Shown: positions 13,450 to 36,500, counted from the stretch's first letter. The stretch is 64,000 bases of DNA from Zygnema circumcarinatum SAG 698-1b (GCA_037447605.1 CM074819.1:682001-746000), one strand, 5' to 3'. Made by a program: numbers and translations. Notes: generated by a model from the letters alone, not told the origin.

Positions 13450-13755
13450 ATGGCCTCCGCCTCCTCCTTCAATGATGCTTTCTCGACAACAGGAGTCGTC
13501 ATCTGTTTTTTTATGGTGGCTGTGGGTGTGGGGTACACGGCGTGTGCGAATATGGAGAGCTGTGGGATGAAAGCGAGAATTCTCGGCGAAAGCATTTCTG
13601 TTTTTTGTATTTTTTTTTTTTTTTTTTTGCGGCGCGCGTCTCCTTTTTGCATCTGGCAACATTATAAGGCAGACAGCGGCGAATCGGAGGGGCGGGTGAC
13701 ATGTGACGGTTTTTGCTTCGGGTGCTGTTGTAAGTTCATTTTCCGCGAACAGTAG
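13450..13755 (+). CDS. Hypothetical small membrane protein (101 aa, Cys-rich tail), paralog of 12363-12635
   Basis: ATG ORF containing VVICFFMVAVGVGYTACANME...ILG and C-terminal TCDGFCFGCCCK; a long poly-T run makes the downstream frame uncertain. Confidence 0.5.
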   Translation: MASASSFNDAFSTTGVVICFFMVAVGVGYTACANMESCGMKARILGESISVFCIFFFFFLRRASPFCIWQHYKADSGESEGRVTCDGFCFGCCCKFIFREQ

Positions 13756-14544
13756 TGAATATATTTGATTGAACTTCTTCTTGTGGTCTTGTTGTCTTTG
13801 TTTGTCTTGTCTTGTTTTGTTCTTGTTTTCAGTCGTAATATTCACATATTCTAGTTTAATAGAAACTGCGTTAGCTGTTGCATTGTTGCTTGGAGAGTAC
13901 CGTGCTCTTCTGCTTTTACAGATTGCTACACCGTCTCGTTGAATTGGGGGGGAGGGGGAAGGGGAGAGGAGACGAACAGCAACACTCAGGTAAATACTGC
14001 ATCGAACACATCCTCTTTGTGCGATGGATTCTATTAGGAGGAAGGGAGGACAAGAAAAAGTCTATATATCGTACATCAACATGGTTCCTTGAACATGGTT
14101 CCTTGGTTCCTAGGACAAGGAAGAAACTCCCAATCATGCTTTCGCTCGTTTCTGTGTAAGAATGAGGGAAGAGAGAGGGAGAGGAGGAGAGAGGAGACAA
14201 ATGAGGTTGACGGTGGGGGGAGGAGGTGGGGGTCTCCTTCAAAATGAGAATTCTGAGAGGGGGAGATAGAGGCAGGTAGGGAAAGGGGCTCTTCAAAGGA
14301 CAGCGACAAAGTGAGGGCGGTGAGAGGAGCAAACAAGAAACAGAGTCTTTTATGATTTTTAGTTCTGCGTGGAATATGGGCGGTCTATGCATTTTACGGT
14401 TTCCATGGACTCCAGGGGTGTGCAAGAGTGGAGAGAGAAGACTCTACCAGAGGAGAAACGAGTGAAGGAGAGAGAAAGGCCGAGAGAGAGAGAGAGAGAG
14501 AGGGGGAGAGCATAAGGAAAAAGAGAGAGAGAGAGCTCTCTTCT

Positions 14545-15640
14545 CTAGTAGAGAGAGTGGTAGTGCCATCTTGTCAAGATGACGGAGATAACAAAAACGA
14601 CGAGGACCGGAAGCATGGTCATGTTCAGTATGACAGTGGTCCCCAGGTTCCCTGTGAGAGTGATCAGGCTGTGTCCCAAACCACGCGCGAAGGTTCCGGC
14701 TTCAGTGCAGAGGAGGCCGCGGGCGAGAGCTGGCGGCACCACTCTCGAGAGGAGGGCTACGTTCACACCTGCGGCAGCACAGTGTCACGGCACAACTCAA
14801 AGTCATGGTGGTAACTCAAAGTTGCTCCTGACAACTATGTGCAGCATTAATTTGAATTTGTAGATTTTAGGGTTTGTAGGGAAGTTAAGGGTTGTGTGAA
14901 CTTCAATAAGGATTTTAGGGTTTGTACGAATCTTAAGTGAAGGTGATTTCCACATATTTCAAATACTAAACTTATAATCTATGCAAATCACAGAACCTTT
15001 CAAAAAACCCAAGGGACGTTGAAGTCCATGTCCATCCTTCAGTTCATTCTCTGATATTCATAGAAACCCTAAAATCTGGAGAAGCCTGAAGTCCACATAA
15101 ACTAATGGAATTCCGAAACTTCATAGAAATCTGAAAGTCCTTACAAACACTCTGTTGAAACTTTTCAAGTTCATACAAACCCGAAACAAGCACTTCTTGA
15201 GAAAATTTGATCATGAAGTGAGTGAAGAGGAGGACCTGAACGGGCGCAGTCAGTTCTCGGCCAAGTTCAGACAAACTTTCGACCGGTCGGATGCGATCGT
15301 CATCATCGTCGTCATGTTCGGACTCATTCTGTCAGCAAAAAAGAGCACCATACGTTCAGATATTTACAGGTTTTAGGGCACTAACTGGTTTCGAGTTGAA
15401 GTACATTAGGCCATGTAAACATTAATACCAATAAGGTATAGGTTCATTCGAACCTGTTCCCCAATTAAGATCGCTAAAACTTCCAGAACTATGACCTATA
15501 TATATTTTTTATATCCAGGTTTCAGACACTTTATACTTCGCATGTAAGTGAAAAGCTGTCGTTTCAAGTTAAGAGAAGTGGTCCTACCATAACAGTAAAG
15601 GCTGCTCCAACTCTTGCTGCATGGAAACACCATCTTCCAT
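14545..15640 (-). pseudogene. Partial, probably decayed SPX-MFS (PHT5-type vacuolar phosphate transporter) C-terminal exons
   Basis: Exon 14545-14768 GVNVALLSRV..LLCTEAGTFAR..YHSLY* matches the remembered PHT5 end (GVNLSLLSRV..LLSTEAGTLAR..YNSLY*). Exon 15181-15328 reads ELTAPVQVLLFTHFMIKFSQEVLVS. Probable exon 15588-15640 (QELEQPLLL) is out of phase. No SPX domain or upstream MFS exons found. Confidence 0.75.
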
Positions 15641-15989
15641 CTGACATCATACGACTGACCTGAGCTAGCAGCAGAGGGAAAGGTTTGAACCAATACACAA
15701 ATAGCAACGACTAAATGAATACAAAGTCATAGATTAAATCTTAGGCTCTCCTTCTTGGTTATTGAAATTCAATGACCCCTTTCTCTCTCTCTCTACTCTC
15801 TCGTTCTTTCTCCCCCTCCCTCGCCGCTCCCGCGGAGTAAAAGGACCATACGTAAAGGGAGGATGGAAATCGGGGGAAGGGAAATACTAGGACGTTTGAT
15901 AGTTATGGAGGTCCGAAATTTCTGCTGAGTCGGGTGGACCTAAGTTTGGTGAAAGATATGAGGGGTCGGATTGTTTAAATTTTCTATTT

Positions 15990-16118
15990 CGGGCGGCCGG
16001 CAAGCTGGAGAGCCTGAAAGTCGAGGAACTGAAGGACTTGTTGCGGAGCAAAGGAGCCACCATGAAGGGGAAGAAGCAGGATCATATTGCCCGAGTTCTA
16101 AAAGAACTTGGAAAGTAG
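15990..16118 (+). pseudogene. Orphan SAP-domain fragment resembling the Ku70 C-terminus
   Basis: Reads AAGKLESLKVEELKDLLRSKGATMKGKKQDHIARVLKELGK*, fitting the SAP consensus and the plant Ku70 ending (xxGK*). No ATG or upstream exons recognised. Confidence 0.6.
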
Positions 16119-17284
16119 TCATTCTTTTTTTTTCCTCTGCCACCCTCTCTCTCGCTCCCCTTCCCGATCTCTCTCTTCCACCCTTTTTTCCTGGTAGCCT
16201 GGCGAGGGTGCGTTCTCATGGTCCAACTTTCTTCAACTTCTTGAAGCTCTGATCGCTGGAGTTAGAAACTGAGACAGAGACTTACCCTCCGAGACCAATT
16301 TTTCCAACTGTGATCAACGTGAGATCAATGCCACATCATTTCACGAGTGATTAATTGAATCCTCACCACCCTAAAAAAGTTGTGCCACTCTGTTTGCCAT
16401 TTCCAGATTTTGGTTGAAAAAGCGCAAGTTTTGGTTTCTGGTTTCATTCCGGAATCGCTTCTTGTCAGCGATAAACCTAATCAAGTGTGGCCGTAAGGCA
16501 GTGGCAACCAACCTTAAAGAGTATCTATAGTGAAGGAAATAAATGATTACTAGATTAAACCGAAATGCAGAAACAGAGAACTGCGGCCACATGGAACCTG
16601 ACTGAGGTTGGTTCCAAAATAGGAGTTCATAAATAAAACTTAAAAAAATAAGCCAACTAATTTCTGAATGAAATAATGGCAATTTAATCAATAAATAGAA
16701 TGTGTTCACTGCGCCCCACCCTCATCAAATGACACGTGGCCTGACCAAGCTTCCGTCCTTCGGACATGACTGCCACCACTCGTCTCCATCCGACCACTCT
16801 ATTTACATAAACTAATGAAATAGATCGACTGACTCTGAGTGTTAACCATCCTCTGAACTCTCACACGCTGCCCCGTTTGTCACCAGAATGACCTCTCTCT
16901 CACACTCTTGTGTCTCACACATACATACTCTCTCTCCCCCCCTCCCAACCCCCCGCGACCTCTCTTCCACTCCCTCGCCCCCCCCCCCCTTCTCCCACAC
17001 TCTCTTCCAACCCTCCCTCCACCCCTCTCCTCTCCCTCTCTCCCTCCCTCTCCCCTCCCCCCCACCTTCACCTTTTCCCCGGCCTTCCCCTCCCACCTTT
17101 CTCCCCCACTCCCACTCCCACTCCCACTCCCACTCCCACTCCCACTCCCACTCCCACTCCCACTCCCACTCCCACTCCCACTCCCACTCCCACTCCCACT
17201 CCCACTCCCACTCCCACTCCCACTCCCACTCCCTTCCCCCCCCTCTCCCTCCCCCTCCCCTCTCTCTCCCCCTCGCCCTCTCCC

Positions 17285-28032
<10,748 letters not shown>

Positions 28033-30224
28033 CTGATAATAAAATGTGTACAAAAAGCAAAAAACAGAGAACAGGTGAAAAAAGGAAAAAAAAACAGTAG
28101 ATTCCGTTATATGTCATTTTCATGCAGTTTCTTTAAACCTTCAACCTCTAAACTATCTAATCTCGATCAAAATGAAGGCCTTAGATGCGTGTAAAAGATA
28201 GTATTGAGGGTTTTTTTTTTCTTCTCAAGTCTGAATAATGCGACAGACGAGCCTCCCCCTTACCTCCACATTATCAACGGACTGGTTGGTTGATAATGAA
28301 TTTTGATGAGACAGAGGGCCCCCCATCATTGAAGTGACCATTCCTGCATTGAAAATTTGGGATTTGAAGAGTTTAGGCGCTTTCAAAAAATTGGGAGTTG
28401 TAGGGTTCAGGGTTTAACAGTTAGGGTTTCCAGAATTAGGGTTTAGGGTTTAGTGGAAAATTTGACCTGAGAAGGAGCTGAGCAGATTGGAGCTCTGGCG
28501 AGGGAGGGCAGAGGGATGCGGCGGCGTGGAAGGAACGCTCGCAGAGGAGGTAGAGGAGGGCCGCCCAGGGGGGTGGGAGAGGGCGGGAGAGCTCTCGCTG
28601 TGTGGGAGTGGTAGGGAGAGGAGAGGGAGGGAGGGACGGAAGGAGAGGGTGAGGGAGGGGAGGTGGGAGAGGGGAAGGAGGGAAGGAGGAAGGGAGGACG
28701 GGAGGACGAGGGGTAGGGAGAGGAGAGGGAGGGAGGGACGGAGGGAGAGGGTGAGGGAGGGGAGGTGGGAGTGGGAAAGGAGAGAAAGAGGGAGGACGGG
28801 AGGACGGAAGGACGAGGGGTAGGGAGAGTGGGAGGGAGGGGCAAGAGAGGAAGGAGAAAGAGAGGCAGGAAGGTGAGGGGAGGGAGGCAGATAGAGGGCA
28901 GAGGAATGGAACAGAGAAAGAGAGAGAGAGAAAAAAAGGGGGAATACAAAGGGAGGGAGAGGAGGAGACAGAAGCATTGGTAAACCAAGAGCAGAGGTTG
29001 GTCACTAGGACTCTTGAAAAACTGATTTGAATTTCTTACTCTTTTTCTACCTTTGTTCGATAAATTGTTGAATCGGAAAACTAAAAGTTTGTGTTTTTTA
29101 TGTCAAGACCAATATTTCCTGTTCAATTATAATAATAGTTAAATGCCATGCACAAGAATCTCGGTCGGTTAACCATTATTACATTGTTCCATTGTTCGAA
29201 TGTTGGTCGGTCGATGTCTGCACAACTTTCAATGCGTTATCGCTACTCGCATTGGCCTGCACCGAACAAAATACAAATAAAACAATGAATAAAAACGTAA
29301 GCCAGAGAGAAAGATTGCTGTTATGCGCAAAGCCGAGTACATGAAAAATTATTAGATTTAAACATTCACATTCAAAACATGAGATGTAGTTCCATCCACC
29401 ATTGTTCTATTCCTTCTCTTTTATTCCTTTTTATTTTATTTAAATTCACCGCGTCTTCCGCGACGCTGCTGATGCGGCTGCGGAGGCCTTCTGCCCCTCT
29501 GCCCGCCATGGCTGGCTGCGCCTGCACAGGCGCAGCTTCCCCGAAGGTTCCTTCTCCTGTCTCTGAACCCTAATCAGAACTAGAACCTTAATCTTTCGAG
29601 CTACTATGGCTCGGTTCACGGAAGATATCCAATATTGATGATCGCTATGTGCGCTGAGGAGCGGGAGAGGGAGAGGGAGAGGGAGAGGGAGAGGGAGAGG
29701 GAGAGGGNNNNNNNNNNGAGAGGGAGAGGGAGAGGGAGAGGGGGAGGGGAGGGAGAGGGAGAGAGCGGGATACGGAGAGGGAGAGAGCGGGATATGGAGA
29801 TAGAGAGACCGGGAGAGGGAGAGAGAGTGGGAGAGGGAGAGAGTGGGAGGGAGAGGACGAAGGCGGCACAAACAGAAGCGGAGAGGCGGCCCCATTCAGC
29901 TGAAGCGGCCGGCGGCATGGCCCTTTTTTTTTCTGCCCAAAAATGTTTCTTTCTGCCCAAATTACGTTTCCCAGATTGCCCGGTACCTTTTTCTGTTACC
30001 GAGAGTCAAATTTCTTCGATTTGGAAAAAACTTGTAGGCGCCTCCGGGCAGTCGGTTACGGGAAACATTTAGAAAATTGTTTGTTTTGGGCAGATATTGG
30101 AATTTATTTTCGAATATTTTATTTCTGCCCGTAAAATTTTAGGGGTCTTTTTTGTTTTTTTTCTCCTGGCGCCAAAAGCGGCAGTTCTAAACCCCTTGGA
30201 ATGGAATCAGCTAATGGGACAAGC

Positions 30225-30373
30225 CACGTGGAAAAAAGCTGTGCACGTAACGAAGAATATGAAATAGACACACATCTAAAACAGTGATGAATAGCTAATT
30301 TGATCCACGTGGACGAATCGGTGTCGCGTATTTCCCCACGTGGACGAATCGGTGTCACATATTTTATCACGTG
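30225..30373. promoter_or_regulatory. Cluster of four CACGTG (G-box) motifs within a short tandem repeat
   Basis: CACGTG at 30225, 30306, 30337 and 30368; unit CCACGTGGACGAATCGGTGTC repeated. Function is inferred only. Confidence 0.35.
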
Positions 30374-30774
30374 GACGCAAAATCGGCCGGAGACAGCCAG
30401 CTCCAAACCGAGAGAGGTTTGGAGCTGGTTCGCAAACCAAACTGCGCTTTTCATATTCCGTACGTACATTATGTACAGTACTGTAGGCCCCCTTAATTTT
30501 CCACCCTCGTACTTGCGTTCCCCAAGAAATTCGCCCTGATTTTGCCGAAACCACTTTTTTGTACGGTAAGCCTGTGTTAATACATTAGGGGTGTTAACCT
30601 AACCTGACCTATTTTTCAATACAAAAGCCGTTAATCGAAACAAATTTCCAACATGAGTCACGCTATTCCGCTGTGCGGTACTGTACGAATGAAAATTCTA
30701 AACTGTACGGTATATGTACGGCACCAATAGGAGCTCGTGTACTTAAATCCACGGCACCAATAGGAGGTCGCGAC

Positions 30775-30990
30775 AGGGCTCAGGGCTCAGGGCTCAGGGC
30801 TCAGGGCTCAGGGCTCAGGGCTCAGGGCTCAGGGCTCAGGGCTCAGGGCTCAGGGCTCAGGGCTCAGGGCTCAGGGCTCAGGGCCTCAGGGCTTGAGGGG
30901 GAGGGTGAGGGGGAGTGGGAGTGGGAGTGGGAGTGGGAGTGGGAGTGGGAGTGGGAGTGGGAGTGGGAGTGGGAGTGGGAGTGGGAGGGG
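30775..30990. repeat. (CAGGGCT)n heptamer array followed by (GGGAGT)n
   Basis: About 16 near-perfect heptamers, then about 12 hexamers. Confidence 0.95.
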
Positions 30991-31112
30991 GAATGGAGAG
31001 GCAGAGATGTAATTACAAATCCAATTGAATGAAATTAGTTACATCATAGAACATCCTCCTCTAGGCCATGCCCTCCCCCCTCAGCCTCAAGGAAGCTGAT
31101 CTCGAAAAATTG

Positions 31113-32491
31113 CTATCTCGAAGAAATCTTGAGCTTATCAAGTGCCCCTAAAACGATCTTGACTTTATCGAGGTTGCTCTTCTTGTACTCCTTTTCGAGC
31201 AGTTGCAGCGCGAGTCGGGGAAGCTCCGAGCTCTCTTTCTCTTCCTTCTGACTTCGCGAACTTTTTGCGAAACTGACGAGTGTGGAGGAACACTGCACAT
31301 TGCATGCATATTGCGGCAAGAAGAAATCTCTTTAAAGGTTTTTAGGGTTTGAAGGTTCCGATGTCTGAGGTGTTAGAGTTAAGCTTAGAGCTACCACTAG
31401 GCTTAGGTTTAGGCTTAAGATTAGGGTTAACATTAGGATTAGGGTTAGAGTTACCGTTTGAGTTAGGGTTAGGTTTAGGGCTAAAGTCAGGATTAGGTCA
31501 GTTTGTATCTCACGTTAGGGTTAGTCGGGGTTTGAGTTAAGGATAGGACCCGTGTTAGGATTAGTTCAGGGATAGGATAAAAGTTAAAAGTTCGACTAAG
31601 GGCTAGTGTTAGGCCAAAGGTTAGGTTAAGGTTAAGGTTAGGATTTGGTTAAGGTAAGGTTAAAGGTCAGCATTAGGGTTAGGTTAGGGTTAGGGTTAGG
31701 ATTAGGATTAGGGATAGGGCGTGAGGGCTAGGGTTACGGTTCGGGTTACTGTTAGGGCTAGGTTTAGGGTTAGGATTGTGATTAGGATTAGGATTAGGAT
31801 TAGGGTTTAGGGTTTAGGGTTTAAGGTTTGACAGTGCAATCTAAGGGGCTAAAGTGAAGGCAGTTCTCTTCACCAAGCAGACGCCATAGAGTGCGCGCAC
31901 GCTCTTCCCTCCGCTGTACTCCACCGCGGCGGCGAAATACTTCTGCGCAGACTTCACGTTCTCCACTCCGCCCATAGTGTACAGGAGCTGCACATACATC
32001 CATCATACACATCATCATCCATTCACATACATCCATACATACATTCGTTCATTCATTCATTCATGTACCCATGCAGTCGTTCATTCATTCATTCATGTAC
32101 CCATGCAGTCGTTCATTCATTCATTTATGTACCCATGCAGTCGTTAATTCATTCATTCATTCATGTACCCATGCAGTCGTCCATTCATTCATTCATGTAC
32201 CCATGCAGTCATGTATTCGTTCACACATCAATCCATCCACGCATGCATGCGTTCACTCGTCTGTCCATACATCAATGCATGATCCCCACAAAGGCTTGCA
32301 GCAGGCAGAAATCACAAACTAAGCTCTTCAAGAGGTTAGAGTTTGCAGGTTATACATCTGACCAAACTTTTCTCTATTTGAAACAAATGAGGGTAAATGC
32401 AAAGCTGACCTCAGCATACGTGAGATTGTTTATAGGATTCGCCGGTCCTGAAAGGAGAAGCTCTTCGTAGCAGAAGGCCGCCTGCTTGTAC
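31113..32491 (-). CDS. EMC2: ER membrane protein complex subunit 2 (TPR), last three exons; 5' part missing at gap
   Basis: Exons 32410-32491 YKQAAFCYEELLL, 31874-31987 LLYTMGGVEN..AQKYFAAAVEYSGGKSVRALYGVCL, 31113-31292 LLEKEYK..LDKLKISSR*. Phases join and the sequence matches the plant EMC2 C-terminus as recalled. Confidence 0.9.
31340..31825. repeat. Degenerate telomere-like TTAGGG tract in the last EMC2 intron
   Basis: GGGTTA/GGATTA variants. Confidence 0.85.
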
Positions 32492-32562
32492 CTGTCATAT
32501 GAGTCAAAATCCGTTCAGTTAAGCGAAATCTGAAGAATTAAGCACGTACATTATTCTTCAAC

Positions 32563-32662
32563 NNNNNNNNNNNNNNNNNNNNNNNNNNNNNNNNNNNNNN
32601 NNNNNNNNNNNNNNNNNNNNNNNNNNNNNNNNNNNNNNNNNNNNNNNNNNNNNNNNNNNNNN
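32563..32662. other. 100-N scaffold gap of unknown true size
   Basis: Exactly 100 N; genes on both sides are truncated at it. Confidence 0.95.
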
Positions 32663-32791
32663 GGGAGTGAGAAGGGGGAAGGGGGGGGGGGGGGGTGTGG
32701 TGTCTGTACAGATTCTGTTTTTTTATTTTTTATTTTTTGCTGGCAAAAAGAAGCCCCACAGAGAGAGGGAGGGAGAGGGAGGGGTGTGCAG

Positions 32792-32908
32792 GAAGAGAAT
32801 TTGGGCACTATGGCGACGGACCCCTGGTATTCCATTTACCACTACTCGCACCCCCCGCTGGTGGAGAGGCTCTCTGCTCTCGAGCTGGAGGACAAGAAGC
32901 AGCAATAG
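32792..32908 (+). CDS. STE24: CAAX prenyl protease 1 (STE24/FACE1), last exon only
   Basis: After TGCAG acceptor: EENLGTMATDPWYSIYHYSHPPLVERLSALELEDKKQQ*, matching the conserved ENL...DP.YS.YHYSHPPLVERL C-terminus. Confidence 0.9.
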   Translation, partial: EENLGTMATDPWYSIYHYSHPPLVERLSALELEDKKQQ

Positions 32909-33586
32909 GCCCGAGGGTTTACGCACATAGGGATTACGGTTTCAGGGTTCGGCCAAACCTGTGGTTGATATATCCAAAGGAATGGGGAGCTTCAGTTCGC
33001 AGTTTCAGTTTCGGTGACTACCATTTGTTTTTCCCTTAAAAAAAAAAAGATCAAGTGTATCCGATTCTACCACATCAGCGTCGTTTATACATCAATGTAA
33101 ATCAACAACAGTACACTACACAAGTAGAGCTGAGGTTCAACAAAAATTGAGACAAAACAGGTCTTCCCTATCCCTTTTTTCCTAATTTACACATTCGAAT
33201 GTACGCACAGCCCTTGCTTCAATTTGTAAGCCCCCCTAAACTGAACGAGCAAGTCAACCAAAAAATTGGAATGAATAAGAAAAAATAATTGTGGTGCGAT
33301 GACAGGCGCCCTCACTTGACTCGACGCCATTTTTGCAAAGTACATGTGACAGTGTTCAAGGAGCTCACGGAAAGCAATCTCCTTAGCCCTCCCCCTCTTC
33401 CTTGTCGTCCTCTCCCTCCACTCCCTCCCCTCCCTCCCCTCTTCCGCACTCCCCCCACTCTCTCGGTTTCCTCTCCCTCCCCTCGCCCTCGCCGTCTCCA
33501 ATACTACACAGAACACAACCTCCTCTCTTTCCTGCATGACAGGAGAGGAACACGAACTTCCCTCTGCTCCCTTTCCTCCCTCAGCC

Positions 33587-36500
33587 TCAGTTCCCATCAC
33601 TTTTGAATTTTCTTCCCTTCCTCTTTTTTCTTTTCTCCTTCCCCTCTCTCTGCTTCTTGCCCTCTCCCTCCCTCTCTCCTTCATTTTCCCCTTCATACAC
33701 GTCGCCCACTATTCTCCCCTGCAGCCTCTTCCTCTTCAGGCTCTTCACTCCCCTCTCCAGACATCTATCCCTCCCCAAAGGCTCTCCCGCTACAACCATC
33801 CCCTTCTCAATCTGCTCCCTCTCACTCCCATCCGCTCTCCCTTCTCCTACCTCCGCATCAATAGCACTTTCCCCACTCTCTGTTCTCCCCTCTTCCACCC
33901 TCTCCCTCTCTTCGAACCTCTCTCCTCCCTTTCTCTCCCTCCCCATCTCCTTTTCCCTCTCCCTCTCTACATCCTTATTGCCTTCCTCAGAGCATCCCTC
34001 TCCCACTCGTCCGTCAGAACCTGCAGCACTTCTCTGCTCTCCTCTCCTTTCCGAACCATTTAGAATTCCAGTAGATTCCACAAATCTTCGAGTCTTCAGG
34101 CCTCCGTAACTTCCAAACCTTCTCCCTCCCTTGCCATGTTCCCTCCTTTCCCTCCCTCCTCCCTCCCTACCATCACTTAAACTAAGCTGTGAATAACATC
34201 CTCTTAACTTTACATCCTCCAACAATGCCTTCCATGCAGGACTTGCAGATTCTAAGGAAGGAGCATGCCCTACCATTAAGAGGCAAAGTTTAGCCCTAGT
34301 GAGAGCTACATTCATCCTCCTCTCATCTCCCACAAAGCCGATATTTCTGCGTGTTCTCACACAGGAGAGCACTACCACATCTCTCTCCTGCCCTTGAAAC
34401 CCATCCACTGTATTCACATCCACTCCCTCCTCCAGCCTCTCCTCCCTCAGGAGCTCCCTGATCCTCTCCCGCTGCGCGGAGTAGGGAGTGATCACTCCCA
34501 CAGAGAGAGTCTCCCACTTCTCCTTAAGAGAAATCTGCAGCGCCTTCAAGACTGCTACTACCACTCGGGCCTCCTCCTCGTTCTCTCGCGACCCCCCTCC
34601 CGCTCTCACATCTTTCCCCTCCTTCACATCTATGAAGCCGTAGGGTCTGAGAGGGAGGCGAAAACCGCAGGACTCGACTCCATTTTGAAGGACTTCGGGG
34701 CTGAATTGTAAGGATTTTAGGTCAGGCGCATCCTTTAAAAGATTATCATAAAAATATTGACTCGGAAATGAACGGATTTGTGGACACATTCGGTATTGAG
34801 TAGTGAGCAAATGAAGGACCGCTCCGCCTTCTGCCATGCGTTCAAACATACTTCGCTCGTAGGCTCGATCTGAAGATCCCAAAAAAGGGGTTTTCGAGTT
34901 ATGCTTCAGTTTTAGGGGTTCAGGATTTCGATTATAGGCTTCAATATCAGGTCTTATTCATTCTGAAAAAAAAAAGAGTCCATTGAAACAGATCTTACTT
35001 GGTGTCTGAAAAGTAGTAGCTGGAAGCTGCTTATGGTCTCCCACCAGCACCACTTTTCCGGGGGCTCTCACTCGAGAGAGGGGAATCAAAGTTTCCACTT
35101 CAGGAGTCTGTAAACTCTCACTCAGCCACAAACTCCTCCGTTAGACATGCTGGAAAGCAATGAGACAAAAGATTCCAAAAAATGTTGGAAGTAACGAGTG
35201 AGAGTGACTGAGAGTGAGAGTGAGAGTGAAAGTGAGAGTGAGAGGGAGAGGGAGAGAGTAAGAGTGAGAATGAGGGTGAGACTGAGAGGGAGAGAGAGAG
35301 AGAGTGAGTGGGTGAGAGAGATCAGATCAGATCAGTATGAGAGAGGACATAGCTTAGTTCGCATTAGGAGGCATACATCTGAAAGAGAAAAACAAAGCCA
35401 CCTCTTATGATTATGAAGACCTAAAATCTACTTTTCTTTTGAGACCAAAAATAATACAATTTGAGGAGAAAGAAAAGGTGGACGAACTTGCCTGAGCCGC
35501 TTCATCTGTCACACCCCCAACCAGATACAACCAACCACAAATCAAAAAACCAAAAACCCACATCCTTTCTCGGTACATGACCTACAACCTAACTTAGGCT
35601 TCGAAACCACTCAAACCACTAGGACTAAAAACCACTAGAAAAACAAAAACAAATCAAATAAATGAACCAAACCAGAGCCCATCCTTACCGACGATAACTG
35701 CTTGGAAGTTCAAATCCTCTCCCCCCAATTGCGGAATCCCTGCTCCGCTATTGGTTGCGCAGACTACCTTTGCTCTCCTTAGAGCCTCTCTCTCTCCTCT
35801 CCCTCCTCCTCCCCACCTCCTCCCAACGCTCTCAAGGGAGCAAAACTTCACTAAGGGATGCATGCTGGAGGAGGAGCCCACTCTCACTATGGAGCCAAAA
35901 GGAGGAGGTTTTAGGGTTCCATCGCGCATAATGAGACCGTTAATAAGTCGCTGCACTACTTCATCGAGAGCTGCGTTGGAGGGAGCGCAGACAAGGATCT
36001 GTTCATGCACATTTCTGGAAAAAAAAAGAATTTTCCAAAAAATAAAAACAGCGATTATAAGTGTTTGGAGAGGTGGTGGTTCTTTTTCGCCTTTTTGGAC
36101 AAGTTACACACATTACCGGGTTATGGTTTTTTTTTAAGATATTTCTCATTTTTTTTTAGGGTTTACTAGAAATGGGACTTTGCGAGAAAATTGCTATTAG
36201 CGTTTAAAATATGCCAATGGATGGGATTAGTTAAGAGAAGGAGAACACACCCAGTTTGCTTGGCATAAAATCCTGATACAATTCCTGCAACATGAAGCAG
36301 CACCCCCATATGCATCACTCTCTCACCCTCTCTTTCTCTCTCCTCCCTCTCCTCCCTCTCCTCTCTCCTCTCTCTCTCTCCTCTCCTTGAATTCCCCTCC
36401 CTTTTTCCCTCCCTCTCCCTCTCCCTCTTGCTCTATCTATCTCTCTCTGCAACCTCACCTTGACCTTTTCCCTTCACTCCCCTTAACCCATTCAACTTCC

